This document shows, piece by piece, positions 1 through 8,445 of a DNA stretch of 26,964 bases (positions within the stretch are counted from its first letter, which is position 1; each line of letters opens with the position of its first letter). The notes beneath the pieces are model-generated. The model saw only the letters and a list, made by a program, of their open reading frames with translations, was not told where the DNA came from and did no database searches. A program made the translations under genes and the position numbers. Origin of the DNA: a virus (taxonomy: Duplodnaviria; Heunggongvirae; Uroviricota; Caudoviricetes); the IMG/VR virus record IMGVR_UViG_3300050821_009523; one strand, 5' to 3'.

Positions 1-1
1 A

Positions 2-85
2 ACCATTGCCGCCCGGTTATGGGCAACAAAAACCACGGCCGTGCAGCAGTTCAAGAGCGGAGAAAATTGGGGTGATTTGAAATGA
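2..85 (+). CDS. 3' end of a hypothetical protein running in from the left edge (...TIAARLWATKTTAVQQFKSGENWGDLK)
   Basis: Open frame from the window edge; its stop overlaps the next start (ATGA at 82-85). Confidence 0.45.
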   Translation, partial: TIAARLWATKTTAVQQFKSGENWGDLK

Positions 86-237
86 GCCAACCCAACCCAC
101 CAAGCAGCGGCATGACGGTGCTGGAAGGCAGCAAACTGCTCAAGGGCAGCAAGCACACGCGCGCTGCGCACCGCAAGGCGAAATCTCTCAAGCCACCCAA
201 GGCAGGCAAGCCGGGACGCGGCAAGGGGCGCAAGTGA
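82..237 (+). CDS. Small Lys/Arg-rich basic protein (51 aa)
   Basis: Manually translated MSQPNPPSSGMTVLEGSKLLKGSKHTRAAHRKAKSLKPPKAGKPGRGKGRK; ATGA and GTGA overlaps at both ends. Confidence 0.55.
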   Translation: MSQPNPPSSGMTVLEGSKLLKGSKHTRAAHRKAKSLKPPKAGKPGRGKGRK

Positions 238-545
238 GTCAGTGGCCGGCAAGCAGTGTGCGGGCCGACGCGCAGCGGCAGGCAATGGCGTGGCCGCCAG
301 ATGGCGCCACCGTCAACGCACACGGCGATGTGGTTGTGGATGACAACGCCCGAGCGGACGAGATCAATAGGCAGATCCTCGCGCTGATCCGCGAAAAGCG
401 CGCGCTGTCGAATAGGCTCACGCGACTACGCGATATTGTCAGCAACCAGCGAGAAAGCCTCGCGCAGCAACACAACGGCGAGCTGGCGTTGGCTACGGCC
501 GCAAGTCTCGGCGAGCTGCACACGTTGATTGAGGCCCCACTGTGA
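234..545 (+). CDS. Hypothetical protein with coiled-coil character (103 aa)
   Basis: ORF track; GTGA coupling to both neighbours. Confidence 0.7.
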   Translation: MSQWPASSVRADAQRQAMAWPPDGATVNAHGDVVVDDNARADEINRQILALIREKRALSNRLTRLRDIVSNQRESLAQQHNGELALATAASLGELHTLIEAPL

Positions 546-640
546 GGCTGTACGATGATCCGGCGGTGCAGGGGTGCACCTGGACATTTGCCGCTTTAGG
601 TGTAACCGTACTTGCGCTATGGCTTTGGATAAACGTATGA
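542..640 (+). CDS. Small single-TM protein (32 aa)
   Basis: MRLYDDPAVQGCTWTFAALGVTVLALWLWINV; GTGA/ATGA overlaps on both sides. Confidence 0.55.
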   Translation: MRLYDDPAVQGCTWTFAALGVTVLALWLWINV

Positions 641-933
641 ACCCAGACGAGATCCAGCCCGGGAGTGCCTACATGGACGCACATGGCCGCATGCGGGTGG
701 TGCGGTACCTGTGCGCTGGCGAGCGCGTGTCGTACCTCTTGCCCGGCGCAGATCCGATCTACGGCCTGTGTGCTCTAGACCGGTTTGCGGCCCAATGCAC
801 CTCGGAGTTCGCGAGGAGCAAGGCGGCGCCAGCAGGTTTCCAGCGATACAGCGGCATCGCGGTGCAGCAGCGCCACCTCTCGTTGCCATGCACGCGTAAA
901 CAGTTTGCAGACTTTTGCGAGCCGTATGCATAA
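637..933 (+). CDS. Hypothetical protein (98 aa)
   Basis: Start re-assigned to ATG 637 (ATGA overlap) within track ORF 574..933. Confidence 0.65.
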   Translation: MNPDEIQPGSAYMDAHGRMRVVRYLCAGERVSYLLPGADPIYGLCALDRFAAQCTSEFARSKAAPAGFQRYSGIAVQQRHLSLPCTRKQFADFCEPYA

Positions 934-1126
934 CCGCTACTACGGCCGCGACGGCACGGTGTATGCTGAGCAGGATGGCGGCGGCGTGGTGCCATTCTTT
1001 CTCAACAGCATGGATGCCACGCGTGCCGAGGCGAACCGCCTTTTGGCACTCTACAAGACACAGCTTGTACGGCAGCACCTAGATTGGGCGCCGCTCCATC
1101 TCCAATACGACAAGGAAAAACCATGA
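926..1126 (+). CDS. Hypothetical protein (66 aa)
   Basis: MHNRYYGRDG...; overlaps the previous stop; part of track ORF 785..1126. Confidence 0.6.
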   Translation: MHNRYYGRDGTVYAEQDGGGVVPFFLNSMDATRAEANRLLALYKTQLVRQHLDWAPLHLQYDKEKP

Positions 1127-1233
1127 AAATCCTGCACCGTATCCGCGTGCTACTGTGGGGCTGGCGCCGGCCGCGCGTGTCGGCCGTCGCGAGCCGTACG
1201 GCACTTGAACCATTCTGGACGTCCGCGCTTTGA
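1123..1233 (+). CDS. Small basic hypothetical peptide (36 aa)
   Basis: AAGGA upstream, ATGA overlap; MKILHRIRVLLWGWRRPRVSAVASRTALEPFWTSAL. Confidence 0.4.
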   Translation: MKILHRIRVLLWGWRRPRVSAVASRTALEPFWTSAL

Positions 1234-1253
1234 AAGACGAGAGGACAACGCAC

Positions 1254-2045
1254 ATGACAGACCCCGCCACCGCACCCCAGGCGCAGGACCACGTTGCGGC
1301 TTGGTGTGCCGCGCTCCCGCAACCGATCGTTGTGCCGGAATGGATTGCCAACATGGCGACCGGCCAGCGCATCGACGGCGTGCTCAACACCGGCGTGCGG
1401 CTGGTGTTTGGCACCGCTGCGGAACAGAATGCCTCCATTGACGGCCGCTACGGCAAGGGCGCTAGCCAGATGGCCGGCACTGCCTACGGCGAAGCGGATT
1501 TCGACCTCATCCCGATGTATATGCACAACGGCTGGCCACTCCCTGTCAGCGCCACGGACGTGATGGATGCCCGAATGCTCAAGGGTGCCGTTGAAGCCAT
1601 CATGGCGGCATACGGTGGCACACCGGGCAGCAGCCAGGACGCAGCCGCGCGGCACCAAGCCGCTGTGCTGGCATGGTGGCGCGCTAACCCGGACAGCCCC
1701 CGGCCGCCGGATCTGGCCTGGCACCAGGAGGTGGGAGAGATCCGCGGGCCGCGCTACACCGCAACCGGCACTTGGACGCAGCTCGACGCCAAGGGCCATG
1801 TGGCGCAGGGGGGCAAGATCTTCTGGACGGTCTACAGCACCGAGTCGGTGTTGGGCTGGTTCTTCTCGCCCGACGACGTGCAGTGTGTCGTCAAGGTGGT
1901 GAACGCCGACAGCGAGGTACTGGTGTTTGGCGGCACGGACCTCCAATTGGACATCACGGTCACAAATCAGACGAACGGCCGCACCTACCGTTACCACAAC
2001 CCGGCCGGCACGCTCGCGCTGCCGCAGGCCGCAGGCGCGCCGTAG
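1254..2045 (+). CDS. Hypothetical protein (263 aa)
   Basis: Long ORF with GAGAGGA RBS before ATG 1254; no family recognised. Confidence 0.8.
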   Translation: MTDPATAPQAQDHVAAWCAALPQPIVVPEWIANMATGQRIDGVLNTGVRLVFGTAAEQNASIDGRYGKGASQMAGTAYGEADFDLIPMYMHNGWPLPVSATDVMDARMLKGAVEAIMAAYGGTPGSSQDAAARHQAAVLAWWRANPDSPRPPDLAWHQEVGEIRGPRYTATGTWTQLDAKGHVAQGGKIFWTVYSTESVLGWFFSPDDVQCVVKVVNADSEVLVFGGTDLQLDITVTNQTNGRTYRYHNPAGTLALPQAAGAP

Positions 2046-2067
2046 GGCGCGCGAAAGGCACAACCCC

Positions 2068-2454
2068 ATGCCAAACCCTAGCCTCTATCCGCCAGTACGG
2101 CCGCCGGCCACCACAGCGCCGGCCGGCGGTAATGTGGGCGCTACGAGCAGCACCGATCCGTGGGAAAGGCCGCAGGCCGAGCTGGTGCAGGGCATCGCGG
2201 CCGCGCCCACTACCCCTCCGCTACCGCCGGCGGAGGCCGGCTCCACAACGAGCGAGTATGGCGCGGTGAAGATCTTCGGCATCGTCAGCGGCACGTTGCT
2301 TACGCTGTTGACGGGCGCCGTAGCGGCCCACATCATCTCGCTGTCGCCCGCGGTGCTGGCCTATTGCGGCACCGCGTTGGCCGCTGTCAACGGCGCGGTG
2401 GTGGCGATCTACGCCGCAGCGCGCAACTACCGCAAGGCCGGGACGCCCGGATAG
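2068..2454 (+). CDS. Putative holin-like membrane protein (128 aa)
   Basis: GAAAGG RBS; Pro-rich N-terminus, GSTTSEY segment (resembles the G-x-KTSEFW start of phage holins), two hydrophobic segments, basic tail RNYRK; last gene of the rightward run. Confidence 0.55.
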   Translation: MPNPSLYPPVRPPATTAPAGGNVGATSSTDPWERPQAELVQGIAAAPTTPPLPPAEAGSTTSEYGAVKIFGIVSGTLLTLLTGAVAAHIISLSPAVLAYCGTALAAVNGAVVAIYAAARNYRKAGTPG

Positions 2455-2460
2455 GCACTT

Positions 2461-2685
2461 TTACGGGACGATTGGCTTGCGCAGCTCGGCGCTCAATAGC
2501 CAAGCGAACATCCGCAACGCACCTGCCGTGTAGGTGACGCGCCGGTAGCCGGAGCGCTTCACGAGGCGGCATCTGCGATGCGGTAGCACGCATGGGACAC
2601 GTAGGTCAAGGACGGCGTTGCAGTGCTCACAGCCGGAAGCGCTACCAGCTATCCAATACAATTTGTGCCGGTGGATGATCCGCAT
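2461..2685 (-). CDS. Hypothetical protein with CxxC (74 aa)
   Basis: ORF track; abuts the upstream gene; GGAGG upstream of the start. Confidence 0.5.
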   Translation of the reverse strand: MRIIHRHKLYWIAGSASGCEHCNAVLDLRVPCVLPHRRCRLVKRSGYRRVTYTAGALRMFAWLLSAELRKPIVP

Positions 2686-3033
2686 TCATTTCCTCCCGTA
2701 GGCGTCGTCGCGCGGGTGTTTACGTTTCGGGGCTGTGGCAGCCGCACCCGTGGTGGGTGTGCGCCATTCGGGCGGTAGCACCGACACGACGCGCCCCGCC
2801 GCTGTGTCGTACACGATACGCACCGCTACGGAGCCGATTGTAAGTGCGTAGAACTGGCGCTGGCGTCTGCCGCCAAAGCCGCCCCCGGCCTCTATCGCCT
2901 GCTGGACACCCACGCAGCGGGCGTTGCCGTTGGCAATCTCGCGCTCGATCCACAACAGCTCGTTGGCGCCCACCACCATCCCAAAGCGTTCGCGAAAGCG
3001 CGCCGCGACATGCCGGTCTATGTGGTCGCGCAT
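2686..3033 (-). CDS. Hypothetical phage protein, possible RelE/BrnT-like small alpha/beta fold (115 aa)
   Basis: H-x3-RF-x-ERFG near the N-terminus and RIVYD...VVSVLP near the C-terminus; fold call is inference only. Confidence 0.65.
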   Translation of the reverse strand: MRDHIDRHVAARFRERFGMVVGANELLWIEREIANGNARCVGVQQAIEAGGGFGGRRQRQFYALTIGSVAVRIVYDTAAGRVVSVLPPEWRTPTTGAAATAPKRKHPRDDAYGRK

Positions 3034-3614
3034 GGTGCACCGGCCTTGAGTTTAGCTAGCCTTTCGCGATCGGCCTTGATTTTGCCGGCGAGATTCGACA
3101 GCACATAGGACGGAAACGCGCCGCCGGACCGCATCTGCCACGCCGCTACCTGTGCAAGCGAGAGCAGATCGGCTTTCTGCTTCTCGTTAAGCAGCGTCAA
3201 ATCTCCCAACTTGCGGCCGGCACGCACCGCCAGCCGGCAGGAGTCGTTGTAGCGCTTGATCCTGTTGCGCTCACGCTCCCGCTCCTCAATGCGCTCCTCA
3301 AGTTGCGTAATCGCATCGACATCGTCGCTGTAGATCGTACGGTCGAGCTGATGCTCGATGTTGGCAGCGCGCTCGCGGTGCAGCTTGGCCATTTCGGTTG
3401 ATTCCACAGCCGCATGCATTGCCTTGTTGCTACGCTCGATCGCCCTGCGGTGCCGGCTCTCACTGTGGTGGCCCACGAGGATAGGTTGCCCAAGCGGAAT
3501 ACCAGCCGTGGCGCTGTCCGCGTTGGCCAAGGCTGCTGCCGCCTTGCGGTCGCGGCTCTCAGCCCATTCAAGACGGCGCTGTGCGCGCCGCTCCATGCGC
3601 TCGCGTCTGGTCAT
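3018..3614 (-). CDS. DUF3560 domain protein
   Basis: Signature IPLGQPILVGHHSESRHRRAIER and N-terminal RRERMERRAQR. Confidence 0.9.
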   Translation of the reverse strand: MTRRERMERRAQRRLEWAESRDRKAAAALANADSATAGIPLGQPILVGHHSESRHRRAIERSNKAMHAAVESTEMAKLHRERAANIEHQLDRTIYSDDVDAITQLEERIEERERERNRIKRYNDSCRLAVRAGRKLGDLTLLNEKQKADLLSLAQVAAWQMRSGGAFPSYVLSNLAGKIKADRERLAKLKAGAPCATT

Positions 3615-4180
3615 GGCGTTGCCCTGTACCTTTCTAGCGCCCTAGCGGCAAACCGCTCGCAGTCAACTTCGCTGCGGCGCTTGTTGTGCTGGAATTGATA
3701 GATGTGCCTGCTTTCGTGAGCCGCAATGGCCACCAACGCCTCGCGCCAGTTGTTGCAGACGATCAGCGGCGAGCGCTTGCCGCCGTAGGGGTGGCGAATC
3801 GCGCGCGAAACGCGGTGCAGCATTTCGGGCGCCCCAGCCACGCGCTTCATGGAGTAGCATAGCGAGTTGTCGGTGTTGCGGTCAGGAAACTGCGCGCGTA
3901 ACTGATCGAGCGTCAGCCAGTCTGATATCGGCCTCCGGCTGACAACCAAGTTGGTGCATGGAAACTTTTTGTCCGGGCCAACGCGCAGGGTGATCAAGCG
4001 CTCGGCGCTGTGCGCTGCACTGCTCACGCGCGGCACTTGCTCGTACGCGCGGCCAGCGTAGGCACCGGCGCTGTTCTTGACGTGCACCGCAACGCGCGTC
4101 ATGCGGACACCTGCTGTAGCGATCGCCAGCAGGCGCCGCACCTCGTCTGTGGCGAAGCGGCTTGTATTGCGCAGGTACAT
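3611..4180 (-). CDS. Zincin-like metallopeptidase (HExxH), 189 aa
   Basis: AHESRH followed by E in RSEVDCE; start at ATG 4180 via TAATG overlap. Confidence 0.75.
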   Translation of the reverse strand: MYLRNTSRFATDEVRRLLAIATAGVRMTRVAVHVKNSAGAYAGRAYEQVPRVSSAAHSAERLITLRVGPDKKFPCTNLVVSRRPISDWLTLDQLRAQFPDRNTDNSLCYSMKRVAGAPEMLHRVSRAIRHPYGGKRSPLIVCNNWREALVAIAAHESRHIYQFQHNKRRSEVDCERFAARALERYRATP

Positions 4181-4398
4181 TAGACTGCCTCCGAAAGAAT
4201 CACGTCGGCGGCAGTCTCCCGGGCGCGGTAGCGCCACAGCACCTGTTGCACGCGGTAGATTTTGAACGGCTTGAGCGCAACGATTCCGGCGCAGAAGGCA
4301 CTGTTGAATGAAACGTTTTCTCCCACGCGCGGTAGGGCTGGCAATTTCAGCACCAAACCGGTGGGGTGGGCCTCGAGAAAGAAGCTAGCAGAGGTCAT
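4180..4398 (-). CDS. Hypothetical protein (72 aa)
   Basis: GAGG RBS upstream of ATG 4398; coupled to the downstream gene. Confidence 0.55.
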   Translation of the reverse strand: MTSASFFLEAHPTGLVLKLPALPRVGENVSFNSAFCAGIVALKPFKIYRVQQVLWRYRARETAADVILSEAV

Positions 4399-4403
4399 TG
4401 GCG

Positions 4404-4838
4404 TCACCTCGTTAGGTCGATCAAGATGCGGGTGGTGGGCTCGCCATCCCAAACGGCCGGGATGTTGTGCCGGTGCAGTACAGCCATCAGCTCCCAGCCA
4501 ATCTCTTCCGCGTGTAGGCCGATCACTTGTTCGGGCTGGGCGTCGCCGGGGCTGTGGTGTAGCGGGCCGTAAGCGAGATAGACCTTGCCCTGTGTCGCAA
4601 GCTCATTCTGCCGCGTGTAGAAAACAGCGCCGCGCACCGTCTTGCCGCCGGCCACCAGCTCGGCAGCGCGGCCAGCCAATGCATAGCCTGCGCAACTGTA
4701 GCAGCAGAGGTAGTTCTGCCGCGCGAGGTAGCCGGCCTTGCGCAAGTCGCGAAACGCGGCGCCCAAGCGCTTACGGCCTGCTGCGATCTGGGCGCTCAGC
4801 GCGCCGCCATCCTGTGCGTATGTGGAGCCTTGCAGCAT
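4404..4838 (-). CDS. DUF6891-like protein (144 aa)
   Basis: RLGAAFRDLRKAGYLARQNYLCCYSCA...GAVFY...YLAYG...VWDGEPTTRI pattern; GGAGAG RBS. Confidence 0.65.
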   Translation of the reverse strand: MLQGSTYAQDGGALSAQIAAGRKRLGAAFRDLRKAGYLARQNYLCCYSCAGYALAGRAAELVAGGKTVRGAVFYTRQNELATQGKVYLAYGPLHHSPGDAQPEQVIGLHAEEIGWELMAVLHRHNIPAVWDGEPTTRILIDLTR

Positions 4839-4840
4839 AG

Positions 4841-5116
4841 TCACTCTCCCGCCTGCCGTTGTGCTGCGTTGAGGAGTTGGCACAACTCGCCTTGCAGGCG
4901 CAGCCGGCCGGTAAGCTCGCCGCTTGTACGGCCAGCGTTGTAACCGCGCAGGCTTGCGCCCACCACGGCGTTTAGCATGTCGCCTGTAAGATCATGTACG
5001 CAGCGAGATTCCAGTAGCGGCCAGAGAGCCAAGTCGTACAGGTGTTCGTCTGCGTCCCACACTTCAAGCGTGTCGAGCGTCGGCCGCACAACTTGCACGT
5101 CTATCAGTTTGTACAT
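4841..5116 (-). CDS. Hypothetical protein (91 aa)
   Basis: ORF track; strong GGGGAGG RBS. Confidence 0.7.
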   Translation of the reverse strand: MYKLIDVQVVRPTLDTLEVWDADEHLYDLALWPLLESRCVHDLTGDMLNAVVGASLRGYNAGRTSGELTGRLRLQGELCQLLNAAQRQAGE

Positions 5117-5170
5117 CTCTCACCTCCCCGTTTCGAGCGTGAGCGCTCGCGGAGGCGCCCCTGCAGGGCG

Positions 5171-5338
5171 CTACCGTGAGGGCTCAGGCGCGTTTGGCCG
5201 GCAGCCGATCAGGCCATAGGGATTGCGCAATGCGTGTTGTTGGGCTGCTGCCGTGCGAGCCGACAGGTGCCAAGCAAAGCAGATAGCAGGCACTGTGCAG
5301 ATCGTAAGAAAACGTTGGCCGGTGATCGTGTAAGTCAT
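5171..5338 (-). CDS. Small hypothetical protein (55 aa)
   Basis: GGAGA RBS before ATG 5338; first well-supported ORF after the leftward promoter. Confidence 0.5.
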   Translation of the reverse strand: MTYTITGQRFLTICTVPAICFAWHLSARTAAAQQHALRNPYGLIGCRPNAPEPSR

Positions 5339-5464
5339 GGTGTGTTCTCCTATGACAGCTCTTTGGCTGCCGCGATCAGGTTGGCGTTGGCCTTGCGGCA
5401 CGCCGTGTCGTTTTGCTGCGTCCTAGCTTCCGTGCGGCGTTCCCCGCGCTGCTCAACTGTTGGC

Positions 5465-5493
5465 ATTATATCTCCGGGCGGCAGAGATGTCAA
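5465..5493 (-). promoter_or_regulatory. Perfect-consensus sigma70 promoter (leftward)
   Basis: Minus strand TTGACA (5493-5488), 17 nt spacer, TATAAT (5470-5465). Confidence 0.85.
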
Positions 5494-5556
5494 GCGAAAT
5501 GCACAGGAAAAGTAGCCTTAGAATCAACGACTTAGAAAAAAGTCTCCGGCAGGCAC

Positions 5557-5586
5557 TTGCGCCATACTGGTACGCGGCGCTACACT
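5557..5586 (+). promoter_or_regulatory. Candidate rightward sigma70 promoter; leaderless transcript
   Basis: TTGCGC-N18-TACACT, ATG 7 nt downstream with no RBS. Confidence 0.5.
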
Positions 5587-5593
5587 GCCGCCC

Positions 5594-6007
5594 ATGGATA
5601 CGGAGCCCGCACGAAAGCGCCCCGGCCCCAAGCCGAGGCCGCCGGCTGAGCGGCTTGGCCTCAAGGTTGGGGTACGCTTCACGCCGCAGCAGGCCGAGGC
5701 TGTAGCGCAAGCGGCCCATGCAGCCGGCTTGCCGCTGGCCACGCATATACGGGACTGCGCAACCGGTGCCTGCATGCGGTGGGTCAGCGTTGCCGTTCGC
5801 CTTCCGCCGCGCGAATGGCCAACACTGATCTGGGGCGACCGGCTACAGGAAGACGCCTTTCCTGAGCTTGCGCGGCTGTGTCACGACGGCACATGGCTGC
5901 TACTGTCTCTCCCCGAAGAGGACGACGCAGCGGCACACACCGCGCGCATGGTGGGCAACGTCACGCACTGGTTGGCCTGGAAAGCGCCGAGAGGCGTTCC
6001 ACAATGA
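5594..6007 (+). CDS. Ribbon-helix-helix-like DNA-binding domain fused to a DUF551-like domain
   Basis: N-terminal RKRPGPKP...KVGVRFTPQQAEAVAQAAHAAGLPLATHIRD (RHH pattern); C-terminal WVSVAVRLP...VTHWLAWKAP (DUF551 pattern). Confidence 0.7.
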   Translation: MDTEPARKRPGPKPRPPAERLGLKVGVRFTPQQAEAVAQAAHAAGLPLATHIRDCATGACMRWVSVAVRLPPREWPTLIWGDRLQEDAFPELARLCHDGTWLLLSLPEEDDAAAHTARMVGNVTHWLAWKAPRGVPQ

Positions 6008-6111
6008 GCCGCGAGCCGTGGATCGATCCTGAATTGCTGGGCTACTCAGTGCTCGTCTTTGCGGTGCTGGCCGGCCTAGCGCTGAGCCTAGCGCTGCTGT
6101 CTCATTGCTGA
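6004..6111 (+). CDS. Small single-TM protein (35 aa)
   Basis: ATGA overlap; hydrophobic LLGYSVLVFAVLAGLALSLALL. Confidence 0.55.
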   Translation: MSREPWIDPELLGYSVLVFAVLAGLALSLALLSHC

Positions 6112-6124
6112 CTGAGAGGGGCGA

Positions 6125-7219
6125 ATGGGTAAAACCAGCATCGAATGGACAGCCGGGCCTGACGGCATGCCGGGCAAGACGTGGAACCCGACGCGTGGGT
6201 GCAGTCGTGTGTCGGAGGGGTGTCGCAATTGTTATGCCGAGCGCATAGCGGCGCGTTTCTCCACGCATGCGTACCAGACGGGCGACGATGACGCCGGAGT
6301 CTTTGCCGGCTTCGCTAAGCAGACAGCCGCAGGGCCGCGCTGGACGGGCCGTGTCGAATTGATCCCAAGCAAGTTAGGCGAACCGCTGCGCTGGCGCAAG
6401 CCGTGCCGGTGCTTTGTCAACAGCATGTCAGATCTCTTCCACGAGGCGCTGCCTTTCGAGCACATTGCGGCGGTATTTGGCGTGATGGCGATGTGCCCGC
6501 ACATCACGTTTCAGGTGCTCACCAAGCGGCCGGAGAGGGCGCGGGCGTTTTTCGCTTGGGTAAGAGAGAAGGCCCGCATCGCGACGAGCGCGATCGCCGT
6601 CGTGGCAAGCGCAGCCGACGAGGCTCTTCCTGACACAGAAGCGATCGATCGCCTCCTGCTGCGAGGCGACTACGGCAGGAAGGCTACCTGGCCGCTCCCG
6701 AACGTCTGGCTCGGCACCAGTTGTGAGGACCAAGCTACGGCCGAAAAGCGCATCCCCTACTTGTTCGACTGCCCCGCGGCGGTGCGTTTCGTCAGTTACG
6801 AGCCAGCGCTCGGCCCGGTGGACTTCACGCGCCTGGAAATGCTCAAGCCCGATCCGCCCTACGGTCCCGGCGCCTGGCTGAATGCCTTAACCGGCCATCT
6901 GGTTGGCCCTGACGATATTCTCCCGGACCACCTAGACCAGATCATCGTGGGCGGTGAGAGCGGACCATCGGCGAGGCCGTTCGACACCTGGTGGGCGCGC
7001 TCCGTGATCGAGCAATGCAGCGCCGCCGGCGTCGCCTGCTTCGTCAAGCAGATGGGGAGCAAGCCCACCGGCTGGAGCTGCGCCAGCGGGCCAGACTGCA
7101 CCCATCCCGACTGTGGCCGCCAGGAGTGGCATCTACGGGACCGCAAGGGCGGCGACATGAGCGAATGGCCGGAGCGGTACAGGGTGCGGCAGTTTCCTGA
7201 GGTGCGCCATGCCCCGTGA
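6125..7219 (+). CDS. DUF5131 / phage Gp37Gp68 family protein (radical-SAM-like Cys motif)
   Basis: KTSIEWT, WNPTRGCSRVSEGCRNCYAE, FVNSMSDLFHE, FQVLTKRPER, PNVWLGTSCEDQ, RFVSYEPALGPVD, IIVGGESG, FVKQMG. Confidence 0.95.
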   Translation: MGKTSIEWTAGPDGMPGKTWNPTRGCSRVSEGCRNCYAERIAARFSTHAYQTGDDDAGVFAGFAKQTAAGPRWTGRVELIPSKLGEPLRWRKPCRCFVNSMSDLFHEALPFEHIAAVFGVMAMCPHITFQVLTKRPERARAFFAWVREKARIATSAIAVVASAADEALPDTEAIDRLLLRGDYGRKATWPLPNVWLGTSCEDQATAEKRIPYLFDCPAAVRFVSYEPALGPVDFTRLEMLKPDPPYGPGAWLNALTGHLVGPDDILPDHLDQIIVGGESGPSARPFDTWWARSVIEQCSAAGVACFVKQMGSKPTGWSCASGPDCTHPDCGRQEWHLRDRKGGDMSEWPERYRVRQFPEVRHAP

Positions 7220-7841
7220 GCGCCCGATCATCTTCTCGGCGCCGATGGTCCGAGCGCTCCTTGATGGCACAAAGAGCCAGAGCCGGCGGATCATCAGGCC
7301 GCAGCCGCCTCCAGGCGTCTCCGATCTGATGGACCTCGGATCGGCCTGGAAACCAGCCTGGTCCGGTCGCTTGCCGGACGATGCGGCCGAGAACCGCAAT
7401 TACCGCTGCCCTTACGGTCGCAGCGGAGATCAGCTGGGGGTGCGCGAGACCTGGCGGCCGCTTGATACGGCGCTCCCGCTCGGACTCCCGATCCTCTACC
7501 GCGCCGACAACCGCTGTAGCGACTTCGCGCGTCATGTCGGCAGCGGCTGGCGAACGCCGATCTTCATGCCGCGGTGGGCCAGCCGGATCGACCTCGAAGT
7601 GCTGGATGTGCGCGCCGAGCGGCTCCAACAGATCAGCTTTTATGACCTCCACGCCAAGGGTTTCCGCTACGAGTTGGCGCCCGGCATCGAGGTAGATATC
7701 GACGGCGGCGTCACGGCTGCTGGCGAGCGGTCGCTCCGCCGGCAATTCGCCGCCGGCTGGGACCGTATCAACGGAAAGAGGGCCGGCTGGACGAGCAATC
7801 CGTGGGTCTGGGTTGTAGAATTGCAGAGGATCAATGCCTGA
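7209..7841 (+). CDS. Conserved phage protein (ERPIIFSAPMVRA-L-DG-K-QTRR family, ASCH/PUA-like)
   Basis: RERPIIFSAPMVRALLDGTKSQSRR, CPYG...GDQLGVRETW, WRTPIFMPRWASRIDLEV, WTSNPWVWVVE. Confidence 0.85.
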   Translation: MPRERPIIFSAPMVRALLDGTKSQSRRIIRPQPPPGVSDLMDLGSAWKPAWSGRLPDDAAENRNYRCPYGRSGDQLGVRETWRPLDTALPLGLPILYRADNRCSDFARHVGSGWRTPIFMPRWASRIDLEVLDVRAERLQQISFYDLHAKGFRYELAPGIEVDIDGGVTAAGERSLRRQFAAGWDRINGKRAGWTSNPWVWVVELQRINA

Positions 7842-8445
7842 GATTGTCTGGCGTTACGACATGGATGCCGCGCCTGTGGGGCCGCTGCTGTTGCTGTCGG
7901 TGCGCTGGCCCACCGGCAGCAGGACAGAGACAAGCGGCGGCTACCGTTCTCATCCAAATTTAGTTGATAGCGGCATTGCCGCGTGGGAATCAGACGTTGG
8001 CGATCCATTCATCCCACACGCTGTCTACGCGTGGGCCGAATGGCCGCAGCCCGGCACTGGCACGTCAGAGGGCGACAAAACAGTTGCCGATTGGGCTGCA
8101 CTGGCGCAGAGCGACAAGGCGTTTGCTGCTGGCGTCAAGTCGGCATCAGATCACATTGAGGCGCAGCTCGTTTCCTGGAGCGGCACTGGTATAGGGCCCG
8201 AGTACATGATCGCTCATCTGCTTGATGGGCTGGCTGCGCTGCCGCAACACGCCGGTATGATCTTGCAGCGGCGCGCAGTTGAGAATGCCGAGCGCGAGCG
8301 CTGGCGCAAGATTGAGCATGCGGCTAAGGCGCTTTCTCGCGCCATGTTTCTCGCTGTCGAGGAAAACCGCCTGCGCTACGACGAGGCAGTTGGCAAATTA
8401 TGGGACGCGCTCAGCAATGCGCTGGCAGCCGAGGTGCCGCGATGA
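7834..8445 (+). CDS. Hypothetical protein (203 aa), N-terminal DUF551-like segment
   Basis: WRYDMDAAP...VYAWAEWPQP; overlaps both neighbours. Confidence 0.7.
   Translation: MPEIVWRYDMDAAPVGPLLLLSVRWPTGSRTETSGGYRSHPNLVDSGIAAWESDVGDPFIPHAVYAWAEWPQPGTGTSEGDKTVADWAALAQSDKAFAAGVKSASDHIEAQLVSWSGTGIGPEYMIAHLLDGLAALPQHAGMILQRRAVENAERERWRKIEHAAKALSRAMFLAVEENRLRYDEAVGKLWDALSNALAAEVPR

Noticed and set aside
1002-2069. 355-aa minus-strand ORF (also 18079..19008 + and 9609..10172 -)
   Set aside because: Antisense shadows of better-supported genes, expected at high GC.
5350-5466. 38-aa ORF ending ANANLIAAAKELS as a confident gene
   Set aside because: Its ATG lies inside the TATAAT -10 box and has no RBS; likely a remnant, discussed only as part of the control region.
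6125-7219. DUF5131 radical-SAM-like protein as the maturase for the RiPP precursor
   Set aside because: About 9.5 kb away on the other strand, a ubiquitous phage family, and no RRE or SPASM domain visible.
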